DNA of 32,029 nt. Source: Akkermansiaceae bacterium (GTDB lineage Bacteria > Verrucomicrobiota > Verrucomicrobiia > Verrucomicrobiales > Akkermansiaceae). This document shows, one piece after another, positions 19,614 to 29,390 of the stretch (its first letter is position 1; each line of letters begins with the position of its first letter). Position numbers and translations under genes: made by a program. Location: the NCBI GenBank assembly GCA_020627645.1, contig JAHDGN010000003.1, forward strand, positions 1 through 32,029, read 5' to 3'. The notes under the pieces are model-generated. The model worked only from the letters and a program-made list of their open reading frames with translations, was not told where the DNA came from and ran no database searches.

Positions 19614-20105
19614 ATGGACGCAGTTCAAGCTGAGGTGAAGCGTCTTTTCGTTTCACCGGGTCACAACTACTATGGGAGGCATGGGAAGGGCTCTGAAAGC
19701 TTTCAGATTAATGCTCAGGAGGAGATTGAGTTGGTGGCTGGACGAGGAGTCGTTGGAGATCGTTTTTTTGATTATAAGGAGGACTATAAAGGTCAGGTCA
19801 CCTTTTTTGATTGGGCTGTTTATGAATTGGTGCGCGATCACTTTGAGTTGGAAGAATTGGAGCCTTCTGCTTTTCGTAGAAATGTGTTGATCGAGGGAGT
19901 TGATTTGAACGGATTGATCGGGCGGAGATTTCGCATAGGCAATGTGGAGTTTACTGGGAGTGAGGAGGCGAAGCCATGTTATTGGATGGATGAGGCTTGT
20001 GCCCCGGGCGCCGAGGAGTTTTTGAAGGGACGAGGTGGCCTCCGTTGTCGTATTGTTCAGGGGGGGAAATTAGAGAAAGGAAATCAGGAATTGCTAAGAA
20101 TATGA
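19614..20105 (+). CDS. MOSC domain-containing protein
   Basis: GVVGDRF, QVTF, FRRNVLIEGVDLN, KPCYWM and GRGGLR. ATG start at 19614 preferred. Confidence 0.88.
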   Translation: MDAVQAEVKRLFVSPGHNYYGRHGKGSESFQINAQEEIELVAGRGVVGDRFFDYKEDYKGQVTFFDWAVYELVRDHFELEELEPSAFRRNVLIEGVDLNGLIGRRFRIGNVEFTGSEEAKPCYWMDEACAPGAEEFLKGRGGLRCRIVQGGKLEKGNQELLRI

Positions 20106-20446
20106 TTGAGAATGGAGTGGGGTCCTCGGATGAGATGAGATATGGGATGTTGGGGGATGATGAGACGACGACTGAAGAGAAGCTGACGAAGTATTTGGGG
20201 GAGATAGGGTGGGAATATCTGAAGGAACATTATGAGGCTGGGGTGTTGTTTTTTGTGGATCAGAGATTGTCATTGGAAGAGGTCGGGGTTGCGTTTGCAG
20301 ACGACCAAAAGGAAGTCGTAGAAAGTTGGTTGAAGGCTGGGGACCTAGTGAAAATTGAAGAGCTACATGCTGCGCAGTGGGAGGGGGGAAAGCAGGTGTT
20401 TGTGGCCTTGGTGGTTTCTCCGTTTGTTTTGTGTCGGCCAATTTGA
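20102..20446 (+). CDS. DUF2288-family protein
   Basis: WEYLKEH...LFFVD...LEEVGVAFADD...VESWL...ALVVSPFVL pattern. The ATG at 20102 overlaps the MOSC stop codon (ATGA). Confidence 0.8.
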   Translation: MIENGVGSSDEMRYGMLGDDETTTEEKLTKYLGEIGWEYLKEHYEAGVLFFVDQRLSLEEVGVAFADDQKEVVESWLKAGDLVKIEELHAAQWEGGKQVFVALVVSPFVLCRPI

Positions 20447-20449
20447 TCA

Positions 20450-21502
20450 ATGTTGAATAGGAGTCAAATCGAGGAGGTTTTGGAGGGGTTGGGGCAGCCT
20501 AAGTACCGAGGAACGCAAGTATTGGAGTGGATCTATGGGAAGAGGGCGGGATCATGGGATGAGATGAGCAACTTACCCAAAGATTTGCGGGATGCGTTGT
20601 CGAGTCAGTATTCACTGAGGCCATTAAAGCATGTCTTAACGAAAGGTGCGGATGATACAACGCGGAAGTATCTTTTAGAGTTGGGCGATGGTCGGTATGT
20701 GGAAACTGTTCTCATCCCTGCCTCGCCTGGCTTGTGGGGTGAGCGATCGGACCGCTATACATTGTGTGTGTCCTCGCAGGTGGGTTGCGCATACGGGTGT
20801 CGATTTTGCGCTTCGGGCCTTGATGGTTTTACGAGAAATTTGACTGCTGCCGAAATTGTTTCTCAAATTATTTTGGTCGAAGAGCTGTCGGGTGAGAAGG
20901 TGAATAATTTGGTTTTTATGGGAATGGGGGAGCCATTGGCAAATTATCGGAACTTGGTCGAAGCATTGGAGATGATTACGGCGGATTGGGGGTTAAATAT
21001 TGGAGCTCGAAGAATCACGGTTTCGACTTCGGGGTTGGTACCTCAGATCAAAAAATTGGCTGAATTGCGACAGCAGATTCGATTGGCAATTTCCTTGCAT
21101 GGACCTGATGATGTGACCCGAGATCAGATCATGCCAATCAATCGGAAGTATCCGGTGGAGGAGTTGATGGGGGCGCTCAAAGTATGGAGTGAGAAGAAGA
21201 AACAGAAAATCACGTTAGAGTATATTTTGATTGAAGGTGTGAATGCGGGTGTTGAGCAGGCACGTTTGCTCACCGAAAGGGCGCGAGGGTTAAATGCTAA
21301 GGTCAATTTGATTCCTTACAATAAGGTGGAAGGGTTGGAGTGGGTGAGGCCTTCGGATGGAGCTTGTCAAAGTTTTCGGCGGGTTTTGACGCAGGGTGGA
21401 GTTCCTGCGACTCTTCGCTTGGAGAAGGGACATGATATCGATGCTGCTTGTGGTCAGTTGCGGTTGAAGAAGGAAGGAGAGAAAAAACAGGAGCCGAGTT
21501 AA
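20450..21502 (+). CDS. rlmN: Dual-specificity rRNA/tRNA m2A methyltransferase (radical SAM)
   Basis: CVSSQVGCAYGCRFCAS, FMGMGEP, ISLH, VNLIPYN and DIDAACGQL. Confidence 0.96.
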   Translation: MLNRSQIEEVLEGLGQPKYRGTQVLEWIYGKRAGSWDEMSNLPKDLRDALSSQYSLRPLKHVLTKGADDTTRKYLLELGDGRYVETVLIPASPGLWGERSDRYTLCVSSQVGCAYGCRFCASGLDGFTRNLTAAEIVSQIILVEELSGEKVNNLVFMGMGEPLANYRNLVEALEMITADWGLNIGARRITVSTSGLVPQIKKLAELRQQIRLAISLHGPDDVTRDQIMPINRKYPVEELMGALKVWSEKKKQKITLEYILIEGVNAGVEQARLLTERARGLNAKVNLIPYNKVEGLEWVRPSDGACQSFRRVLTQGGVPATLRLEKGHDIDAACGQLRLKKEGEKKQEPS

Positions 21503-21614
21503 GGGCGCCTTCTGTCACCTCATTTTGCAAATCTGTTGATCGGACGATGAATCATCCATCGTGCTGGTGAATTTCTCGCTGTCATTGGTAGTGAGTGCGA
21601 GTTTATTTTGAATC

Positions 21615-22334
21615 ATGATCATGAGATTTGTTATTTATTTGATAGTGGTAGGGATGAGTTTGGGAAGTGCTTTGAAGGGCGATGAGGTTGGTGTTCATTT
21701 ATTTGTGCTCTCAGGTCAGTCGAATATGGCTGCGATGGACCCGAAGGATTCTTTTGCTCCTGCTGTTGAGGCTGAGTTTGGGAAGGAGAAGGTGTTGATT
21801 GTGAAGGATGCGGTGAGTGGTCAACCGATTCGTCGTTGGTATCGAGATTGGAAACCGAAGAGAGGGGGTGAGCCGAGAGCGAAGTCAGATTTGTATGATC
21901 GCTTGATGAAAAAAGTGAAAGCGGGGATTAAGGGTAAGAAGATTGCTTCGGTGACTTTTGTTTGGATGCAGGGGGAGAGAGATGCGAAAGAAAAGCATGG
22001 GGAGGTGTATGAGAAAAGTTTGAAGGGGCTCATTGACCAGGTAGAAGAGGATCTTGGTCAAGAAGAGGTCAATTTTGTGATTGGGCGGCTTAGCGATTTT
22101 GATCTGAAGAATCGAAGGTATCATCACTGGACTAAAGTTCGTAAAGCCCAAGAGAAGGTTGTGAAGGGTTCAGATCGAGGTGCTTTGGTTAATACTGATG
22201 ATTTGAATGATGGGGTCAACCGGAGAGGGAAGGAGATCAAAAATGATCTCCATTACTTCAAGAAAGGTTATGAGGTTTTGGGGGAGAGATTTGCGAAGGA
22301 AGCGATCAAGCTCATTAAGCGACACAAAAATTGA
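21615..22334 (+). CDS. Secreted single-domain SASA/SGNH O-acetylesterase (acetylxylan esterase-like)
   Basis: LFVLSGQSNM, WMQGERDA, VIGRL and DLHY motifs, plus a signal peptide. Confidence 0.88.
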   Translation: MIMRFVIYLIVVGMSLGSALKGDEVGVHLFVLSGQSNMAAMDPKDSFAPAVEAEFGKEKVLIVKDAVSGQPIRRWYRDWKPKRGGEPRAKSDLYDRLMKKVKAGIKGKKIASVTFVWMQGERDAKEKHGEVYEKSLKGLIDQVEEDLGQEEVNFVIGRLSDFDLKNRRYHHWTKVRKAQEKVVKGSDRGALVNTDDLNDGVNRRGKEIKNDLHYFKKGYEVLGERFAKEAIKLIKRHKN

Positions 22335-22372
22335 CGTTTTGGTAACTGGAGTCGCTTCCCCTGGTTCGCTGA

Positions 22373-23569
22373 TTAGATCACCCCAAGCTCTTTGCCCGTC
22401 TCGATGAAAGCTTCGAGAGCTTTGTCTAGGTGTTCTTTGGTGTGAGCGGCTGAGATTTGGGTGCGAATGCGGGCTTTTTCTTGTGGGACGACTGGGTAGA
22501 AGAAGCCGATGGCGTAGATATCTTTTTCGAGAAGTTTTTGGGAGAATTTCTGAGAGAGGGCGGCGTCGCCTAGGAGGACGGGAGAGATCGGATGATCTTG
22601 GCCAAGAATGGTGAAGCCGGTCGAGGCGAGGTGGTCGCGGAAGTATTTGGTGTTGTTTTTGACACGATCAGCAAGTTCAGTGGAGTTGGTGAGAAGTTCG
22701 AGAACCTTGAGTGAAGCAGCAACGATTGGGGGGGCGATTGAGTTGGAGAAGAGGTAGGGTCGAGAGCGTTGGCGGAGGAGGTCGATGATCTCCTTTTTGC
22801 CGGAGGTGTATCCTCCGGATGCCCCGCCGAGGGCTTTTCCGAGAGTGCCGGTGGTGATATCAATTTTTCCGAAAAGGCCGCAGTGCTCGTGGGTGCCGCG
22901 TCCTCGTTCCCCAAGGAACCCGGTTGAGTGGCAGTCATCGAAGTGAACGATGGCATTGTATTTGTTGGCGAGAGCGTGGATTCCGGCGAGGTCGGCAATG
23001 ACTCCGTCCATTGAGAATGAACCGTCGGTTGTGATGAGTTTGAAGCGAGCGCCAGCAGCGTCTGCTTCTTGGAGTTTTGTTTCGAGATCTTGGAGGTCGT
23101 TGTTGTTGTAGCGGAATCGTTTTGCCTTGCAGAGGCGGACACCATCAATGATGGAGGCGTGGTTGAGGGAGTCGGAGATGACTGCGTCATCAGCGGTGAG
23201 GAGAACCTCGAAGAGTCCTCCATTTGCGTCGAAGCAGGAGGGGTAGAGAATGGTGTCTTCGGTGCCGAGGTATTGGGAGAGGGCTTCTTCAAGTTGACGA
23301 TGGAGGGTTTGGGTGCCGCAAATGAAGCGAACAGACGCCACTCCAAACCCGTGACTATCGAGGGCTTGTCGGGCGGCTTGGCAAACTTCGGGATGATTGG
23401 CTAGGCCGAGGTAGTTATTGGCGCACATGTTGATGACTGTGCGTCCGTCTTCGAGGGTGACTTCCGCATCCTGAGAGGATGCGATGAAGCGTTCACGTTT
23501 GTAGAGGCCAGCTGCGTCAATTTCAGTAAGAGTGGACTTGAGATGGTTTTGGAAATTTTCTGTGATCAT
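22373..23569 (-). CDS. kbl: 2-amino-3-ketobutyrate CoA ligase (glycine C-acetyltransferase)
   Basis: [42 protein letters not shown] and RSRPYLFSN. Confidence 0.97.
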   Translation of the reverse strand: MITENFQNHLKSTLTEIDAAGLYKRERFIASSQDAEVTLEDGRTVINMCANNYLGLANHPEVCQAARQALDSHGFGVASVRFICGTQTLHRQLEEALSQYLGTEDTILYPSCFDANGGLFEVLLTADDAVISDSLNHASIIDGVRLCKAKRFRYNNNDLQDLETKLQEADAAGARFKLITTDGSFSMDGVIADLAGIHALANKYNAIVHFDDCHSTGFLGERGRGTHEHCGLFGKIDITTGTLGKALGGASGGYTSGKKEIIDLLRQRSRPYLFSNSIAPPIVAASLKVLELLTNSTELADRVKNNTKYFRDHLASTGFTILGQDHPISPVLLGDAALSQKFSQKLLEKDIYAIGFFYPVVPQEKARIRTQISAAHTKEHLDKALEAFIETGKELGVI

Positions 23570-23620
23570 TGAATCAAATAGCTGAGGGTGGTTGTTAAGT
23601 TATAAAAAGTGATCGATTCA

Positions 23621-24649
23621 TTAGTCGGCCCAGTTGAGGATGACTTTTCCACAAGAGCCTTCGGACATTGCTTCGAAGCCTTTCTCGAATTCGGTATAGT
23701 GGAAGTGATGAGTGATGACTGGTTCGATATTGAGGCCAGATTGAACCATTGATGTCATCTGATACCATGTTTCGTACATTTGGCGTCCATAGATGCCTTT
23801 GATCGTCAGAGAGTTGAAGATGACTTGGTTCCAGTCGATGCCAATGCCTGGTTCGGGAATTCCAAGAAGGGCAATTTGTCCGGAATGCCTCATGTTGGCG
23901 ATGAGATCATTGAAGGCGTGTTTGTTGCCAGACATTTCAAGGCCGACATCGAAGCCTTCTTTCATTCGAAGTTCCTTTTGGACGTCAGGCAGTTTCTCCT
24001 TGGTGACATCGACAGTGCGGGTGGCGCCGAGTTTTTGGGCGAGTTCGAGTCGTTGAGGGTTGAGGTCGGTGACGACGACATGGCGTGCTCCGGCGTGTTT
24101 CGCGATGGCAGCAGCCATGCAGCCGATAGGGCCTGCGCCAGTGATGAGAACATCTTCTCCAAGAAGAGGGAAGGCGAGAGCGGTATGGGTGGCGTTGCCG
24201 AAGGGGTCCATGATGGCGGCAACGTCTTTGGAAATTTCTGGTGCAAGTTTCCAAACGTTCGTGGCGGGGAGAACAAGGTATTCGGCAAAAGCCCCAGGCG
24301 AATTAACACCGACTCCCTTCGTGTCTTTACAGTAGTGGCGCCTGCCGGCGAGGCAGTTGCGGCACCGACCACAGATGAGGTGTCCCTCACCGGAAACAAG
24401 GTCGCCTTCTTTCAGGAAATCAACGTCAGGGCCTAGCTCGACAATGGTGCCAACGAATTCGTGTCCCACGACAAGGGGAACGGGGATTGTTTTTTGAGCC
24501 CACTCGTCCCATTTGTAGATGTGGAGATCGGTGCCGCAGATTCCGGTGCGATCGATGCGAATGAGAACCTCCCGCGATCCTGGAGTCGGTTGCGGGACGT
24601 CGGTGAGGGTCAAACCGGGGGCTGCTTCGGCCTTTACAAGAGCTTTCAT
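23621..24649 (-). CDS. tdh: L-threonine 3-dehydrogenase
   Basis: [14 protein letters not shown], Zn cysteines CGRCRNC...C, DPFGNA, GAGPIG and GIYGR. Adjacent to kbl. Confidence 0.97.
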   Translation of the reverse strand: MKALVKAEAAPGLTLTDVPQPTPGSREVLIRIDRTGICGTDLHIYKWDEWAQKTIPVPLVVGHEFVGTIVELGPDVDFLKEGDLVSGEGHLICGRCRNCLAGRRHYCKDTKGVGVNSPGAFAEYLVLPATNVWKLAPEISKDVAAIMDPFGNATHTALAFPLLGEDVLITGAGPIGCMAAAIAKHAGARHVVVTDLNPQRLELAQKLGATRTVDVTKEKLPDVQKELRMKEGFDVGLEMSGNKHAFNDLIANMRHSGQIALLGIPEPGIGIDWNQVIFNSLTIKGIYGRQMYETWYQMTSMVQSGLNIEPVITHHFHYTEFEKGFEAMSEGSCGKVILNWAD

Positions 24650-24741
24650 GACGTGGATGAGGATGTTTCGTTGGGGCGGATTAAAGCAGATGTTTTGAAT
24701 TGCGCATTAGAAATCGGGTTTTGGTTTCGTAGAAGATTAAG

Positions 24742-27051
24742 ATGAGGTTTTTATTCTTGTTTTTGCTCATTTGCGGATCCGTGACCGCAGATGAATTTTT
24801 TCGGGATGAGATTGAGCCTTTACTGCAGGATTATTGTTATGATTGTCATGGGGACGGGGCTCAGAAGGGGGGATTTGTGATGGATGAGTATGAGGATTTG
24901 GCGAAACACTTAGGAGATGTGAAGCATTGGGAGCCGGTTTGGAGGAATTTGCGGTCTCAGATCATGCCCCCTTCGGGTGAGGATCAACCGGATTTGAAGG
25001 AGCGTAAAAAGTTGATGAAGTGGATTGAAGGGATGGTTTTCAAGTTAGATCCTGAGAGGCCGGATCCGGGACGGGTGACCATTCGTCGTTTAAACCGGAT
25101 GGAGTATCATCATGCGGTGAAGGATTTGTTGGGGGTCGATTTTAAGACTTGGGAGAACTTTCCTGCTGATGATACCGGTTATGGATTTGATACAATTGGG
25201 GATGTCCTGACTATTTCTCCATTACACATGGAGAAATATTTAGAGGCTGCGGAGTTGATCGCGAGAAAGGCTCTACCAGTGGGGTTGAAAAAAGAGATGC
25301 CAGTTTTGAAACGTTGGCCGGGGAATTTCAGAATGGTTGATCGTCCGAAGAAGCAGCGGAATTGGGCGAGTCTTGAAGCAGGGGGGAAGGTTTTTGTGGA
25401 ATTCCAGGTGCCTGTTGATGGTGACTACGAGGTGGAGTTAGACTATACGGTTGATGGTGCGACCGGATACACTGAGGAGACAGGACATTTTGAATTCTGG
25501 GTCGGCGATCGGTTGTTGGGTAAGCGGAATTTGGGGTGGGATCAACGTAGTAAGCAGCTTCTAAAGAGGAGCGTTAAGTTGAAGAAAGGGAAGAGGAAGA
25601 TCGAGCTGAGAGTGTTTCCGGGCAAGAAGGTTGGTCAGGGGCAGGAGAAGCAGAAAGTTGTGTTTCGAGGGGTGCGCTTGCGTGGCCCGAAGGATGGTCG
25701 TCTAAATCAGTATTCGTCGAGTTATCGTAAGGTCATGATTGATGGAGAGCCTCCGAAGGGGAAGAAGGAGCGAAAGGTTTATGCTGGAAAGATTTTAAAG
25801 AAATTGGCTCGGAGAATTTATCGACGAGAGGTGGATCGGAGAACTCTTGAAAAATTGGTTCAAATGGTGATGGAGGTTGATTCTGCAAAGGGGAAAAAGT
25901 TTGAAGATGGGATTCGTCAGGCATTGACTGCGCTTTTAGCCTCGCCGAGATTTTTGTTTCGTGCGGAGATCCAGCCTAGACCAAATGATCGAGGGAAAGT
26001 TGTCGATTTGGATGAGTTTGTTTTGGCCTCGCGTCTTTCGTTTTTTCTTTGGAACTCGGTTCCTGATGACGAGCTGTTGGATTTGGCGAAGGGGGGAAGA
26101 TTACGAAAGAATTTGAGGAAGCAGGTGGATCGAATGTTGAGCGATTGGCGCTCAAGACGGTTTGTGGATCAGTTTGTGGGACAGTGGTTACAGGCAAGGG
26201 ACGTGACTACCGTTCCTGTGGATGCTCGAAGGATCTTGAAAGTTGATGGGCGGGGAGCGAATCAGAAATTTGGTGGGGATGTGAGGTGGGCGATGAAGGG
26301 GGAGACTGAGGCGATGTTTGAGTATGTTTTAAAGGAGAATCGTCCGGCTGAGGAGTTGATTTCGGCAAAGTATAGTTTCTTGAATGAACGGTTGGCAAAA
26401 TTTTATGGGGTGAAGGGGGTCGTTGGAGAGGAGATGAGGTATGTCGATTTGAAGGATTATCCTGAAAGAGGTGGGATCTTAGGGCAGGGGACGTTTTTGG
26501 TGGTGACGTCGAATCCTACGAGAACTTCGCCAGTGAAACGTGGGTTGTTTGTGTTGGATCATTTGTTGGGAACTCCTGCTCCTCCGGCGCCACCCGGAAT
26601 TCCGGAGCTAGAGGAGGCTGCGCATGGAAAGAAGAAAAAGCTCACGATGAGAGAGATGATGGAAGTTCATCGCAAAAAGGCGATTTGTGCGAGTTGTCAT
26701 CAACGGATGGATCCGATCGGGTTGGGGTTGGAGAATTTTAATGCTCTAGGGATGTATCGAGAAAAAGAGAGGGGGAAGCCGATTGATACGGCGGGTCGCT
26801 TAGTGACCGGAGAGAGATTTCGGAATTTGCCTGAACTTAAGAAGGTTTTGGCGTCGTCTAGAAGGACTGATTTTTATCGATGCCTGAGTGAAAAATTGCT
26901 TACCTATGCGATTGGTCGAGGTATGGAATACTACGATGCCACTACCATTGATTTGTTGGTAAAGAGTTTGGAGTCTCGGGGGGGGAGTTTGAAGGAGCTG
27001 GTTCACGCGGTTGTGGAGTCAGCTCCTTTTCAACAGAGGCGAGGAGGGTGA
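24742..27051 (+). CDS. DUF1592-type PVC cytochrome c protein (DUF1587/1595/1592/1588/1585 architecture)
   Basis: CYDCH, IRRLNRMEY, GYGFD, SPRFLFR, ASRLSFFLWNSVPD, RTSPVKRG, CASCH and YAIGR. Confidence 0.92.
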   Translation: MRFLFLFLLICGSVTADEFFRDEIEPLLQDYCYDCHGDGAQKGGFVMDEYEDLAKHLGDVKHWEPVWRNLRSQIMPPSGEDQPDLKERKKLMKWIEGMVFKLDPERPDPGRVTIRRLNRMEYHHAVKDLLGVDFKTWENFPADDTGYGFDTIGDVLTISPLHMEKYLEAAELIARKALPVGLKKEMPVLKRWPGNFRMVDRPKKQRNWASLEAGGKVFVEFQVPVDGDYEVELDYTVDGATGYTEETGHFEFWVGDRLLGKRNLGWDQRSKQLLKRSVKLKKGKRKIELRVFPGKKVGQGQEKQKVVFRGVRLRGPKDGRLNQYSSSYRKVMIDGEPPKGKKERKVYAGKILKKLARRIYRREVDRRTLEKLVQMVMEVDSAKGKKFEDGIRQALTALLASPRFLFRAEIQPRPNDRGKVVDLDEFVLASRLSFFLWNSVPDDELLDLAKGGRLRKNLRKQVDRMLSDWRSRRFVDQFVGQWLQARDVTTVPVDARRILKVDGRGANQKFGGDVRWAMKGETEAMFEYVLKENRPAEELISAKYSFLNERLAKFYGVKGVVGEEMRYVDLKDYPERGGILGQGTFLVVTSNPTRTSPVKRGLFVLDHLLGTPAPPAPPGIPELEEAAHGKKKKLTMREMMEVHRKKAICASCHQRMDPIGLGLENFNALGMYREKERGKPIDTAGRLVTGERFRNLPELKKVLASSRRTDFYRCLSEKLLTYAIGRGMEYYDATTIDLLVKSLESRGGSLKELVHAVVESAPFQQRRGG

Positions 27052-27052
27052 T

Positions 27053-27268
27053 TTAATCCTCTTTTTTCTCGTAGCTCCGAGAGCTCGAGCTTCTAGCGCT
27101 TGAAGAGCGGTCGGAATATTTGTCTCGCCAACTGCTTCCTTCAAATGAGGTGCATGAATCTGTTCCGTAGTCGTCGTTATCGCTTAACATGCTTTCAATC
27201 AGGGATTCAGTGGTGATGGAGCAGCTTGTCAGAACTGGAAGAGAGAGTAGGAGTAGAACTTTTTTCAA
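27053..27268 (-). CDS. Small putative lipoprotein, Ser-rich
   Basis: 71 aa with TTG start and a classic lipoprotein signal MKKVLLLLSLPVLTSC. It fills the intergenic gap without overlap. Confidence 0.6.
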   Translation of the reverse strand: MKKVLLLLSLPVLTSCSITTESLIESMLSDNDDYGTDSCTSFEGSSWRDKYSDRSSSARSSSSRSYEKKED

Positions 27269-27380
27269 AACTTTTTGATGCGTTGGTTATGAAGAAGCTA
27301 ATAGCGTCGGTAGTCCTCTTTTCAAGGCCTAGTTGGCGATTTATTGTATGAAAATAGCGAGATTGTTGGTATAAGGTTCC

Positions 27381-28742
27381 ATGTCTGATCAGAAAATTAA
27401 TCGTCGCAATTTTTTGAGAGGAATCGGGGCCGCGGTTGCTTTGCCGTCTTTTGAGTCTTTGGGTTCGATTCCTGGTGTTGTGGGTAAAACGGCCAAGGCA
27501 GGAATGACGTCCACTGGTGCGCCCCTTAGAATGGCGTATCTCTACATTCCGAATGGGGTTAATCTGGAGCATTGGCGGGTGAGGGGAGAGGGGAAGAATT
27601 TTGAGTTCGGCAAGACGATGGAGGGATTGGAGGGAATGAAGGATGATTTGCAGGTTTATACTGGATTTGCTCACAAGCATGCGACGGGTGGAAAAGATGG
27701 GGCAGGTGATCATGCTCGGAGTGGAGCGACATTTTTGACAGGGCAGAGAGCGAAGAAAACGGCGGGCTCTGACATTCGGGTTGGAATGTCGGTTGATCAG
27801 GTGGCCGCTCAGACGGTTGGAGATGTCACGAGGTTTTCGTCATTGGAGTTGACCTGTGATGGGGTTCGAAAGTCGGGAAGCTGTGATTCGGGGTATTCCT
27901 GCGCTTACCAGTATAATCTGTCATGGCGGACGGAGAGTCAGCCCAATACTCCAGAAGCGAACCCGAGACTGGTTTTTGAAAGGTTGTTTGGTGCTGGAAC
28001 TGGGAAAGATCGTGAGCGGAGTTTGGCGCAGAGGCGGGAATCAAAGCAGTCGATTTTAGATTTTATTTCTGATGACGCGAAGTTAATGCATCGGAAACTG
28101 GGTCGGAATGACCAGCAGAAGCTTGATGAGTATTTAACTGGGGTGAGGGAGATTGAGCGGCAAATTGAGAAAGCGGAGTCGTTTGGACCCGTTCCTGACC
28201 CAGGAGTGGATGCTCCATTAGGAAAGCCAAAAGACTATCAGGAACACATGCGATTGTTGATGGATATGATGGTCTTGGCTTTTCAGACTGATAGTACGAG
28301 GATTTCTACTTTTTTGTTGGCCCATGATGGTAGCAACCGATCGTTCAAGCAGATTGGTGTTTCCGGGGGACATCACAGTTTATCTCATCACCGAAAAAAG
28401 AAGGAGAATTTGGAAAAAATTCAAAGGATTGATGAGTTTTACATTTCTCAGTTGGCTTATCTTTTGGAGCGGATGAAAGCAGTAAAGGATGTGGACGGGC
28501 AGTCCTTGCTTCATAATTCGATGATTGTCTATGGGAGTGGTATTTCGGATGGAGATCGTCATAACCATCATGATCTGCCTATCATTGTCGCTGGAAACGG
28601 TGGTGGTAAATTCGATACTGGGAGACATGTGGATTTGAAGCAGGAGGTTCCACTCTCCAATTTGTACGTCCGAATGTTGAATGAATTTGGTGTGCAGGCT
28701 GATCGTTTCGGTGATTCGACAGAAGCATTGAAAAATATTTGA
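27381..28742 (+). CDS. DUF1552 (HXXSHH) family Tat-exported protein
   Basis: Twin-arginine NRRNFLRG, YIPNG, SVDQV, CDSGYSCAY, PRLVFERLFG, HHSLSHH and HNHHDLP. Confidence 0.93.
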   Translation: MSDQKINRRNFLRGIGAAVALPSFESLGSIPGVVGKTAKAGMTSTGAPLRMAYLYIPNGVNLEHWRVRGEGKNFEFGKTMEGLEGMKDDLQVYTGFAHKHATGGKDGAGDHARSGATFLTGQRAKKTAGSDIRVGMSVDQVAAQTVGDVTRFSSLELTCDGVRKSGSCDSGYSCAYQYNLSWRTESQPNTPEANPRLVFERLFGAGTGKDRERSLAQRRESKQSILDFISDDAKLMHRKLGRNDQQKLDEYLTGVREIERQIEKAESFGPVPDPGVDAPLGKPKDYQEHMRLLMDMMVLAFQTDSTRISTFLLAHDGSNRSFKQIGVSGGHHSLSHHRKKKENLEKIQRIDEFYISQLAYLLERMKAVKDVDGQSLLHNSMIVYGSGISDGDRHNHHDLPIIVAGNGGGKFDTGRHVDLKQEVPLSNLYVRMLNEFGVQADRFGDSTEALKNI

Positions 28743-28757
28743 TCAGGGAAGTCGGGC

Positions 28758-28791
28758 AAAAAAAACCCGCTTCGGTTGGTGCCGAGCGGGT
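28758..28791 (-). terminator. Intrinsic terminator between convergent genes
   Basis: A8 run followed by the CCCGCTTCGGT-TGGT-GCCGAGCGGG hairpin; the T run lies on the minus strand. Confidence 0.7.
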
Positions 28792-28815
28792 GAGGAAACC
28801 GTTGAACGTTATCAA

Positions 28816-29229
28816 TTAGTTGGGGACAACGAAGATTTGTTGGGTAGTGGGGTCTTTGGCAAGATCGCCGGGTTTGAACGCGCTGACTCTTACTTTGTTG
28901 TAGGGTTTGTATGGGCTCACAACGACTGTCGGGTCTTGGGTGCGAGTTGCGGTGGGGTAATTGACTGGGGCTGGTGTATTGCCTTGTGGGGTGGTGTAGG
29001 TCCCGCCTGGATTGTTTTGGTGCTCGCGATAGGCTTTGTATCCTGCTCCTGCAGCAGCTCCTACAGCGGCAGCTTTGAAAATGTTTTTAGTGTCACCTCC
29101 TGTCATGGCGCTGACAGCGGCTCCAGCAGCTGCTCCACCTAGGGCGTATTGTTGTTGAGCGGGTGAGCAGGAAACCATGGCGAGTGCGCCAGCGGCGGAG
29201 AGGGTTGCGATTATTTTGGTTGCTTTCAT
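28816..29229 (-). CDS. Glycine-zipper lipoprotein
   Basis: Lipobox MVSC, GGAAAGAAV...AAVGAAAGAG zipper, and a short C-terminal VVSPYKP...DPTTQQIFVVP module. Confidence 0.8.
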   Translation of the reverse strand: MKATKIIATLSAAGALAMVSCSPAQQQYALGGAAAGAAVSAMTGGDTKNIFKAAAVGAAAGAGYKAYREHQNNPGGTYTTPQGNTPAPVNYPTATRTQDPTVVVSPYKPYNKVRVSAFKPGDLAKDPTTQQIFVVPN

Positions 29230-29390
29230 GATAGTATGTAACGGACTTGCTAGATTGCTTATTCAATTTTGCCTTATTTTAGGGGAAGAAGCTACGAAGA
29301 AATTTGGGAAAGTTAGATGATTTTGGAGAGTTTTCCTTTCAAGATCGAATTTATGTTGGTTCGTTAGTTGCGTTAGCAACCGTGATCTTT

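Noticed and set aside
21615..22334. Third SASA esterase as part of the 293-6494 system
   Set aside because: About 15 kb away, single-domain, with different motifs (QGE, DLHY); SASA genes are numerous in this group, so co-occurrence may be chance.
22570..24436. Long alternative ORFs (22570..23346, 23780..24436, 23962..24399)
   Set aside because: Shadow frames overlapping the well-conserved kbl and tdh genes, with low-complexity translations.
22373..24649. tdh-before-kbl order as a novelty
   Set aside because: An ordinary threonine degradation pair; gene order varies among bacteria.
27207..27713. 168-aa minus-strand ORF
   Set aside because: Largely antisense to the DUF1552 gene and has no recognisable features.
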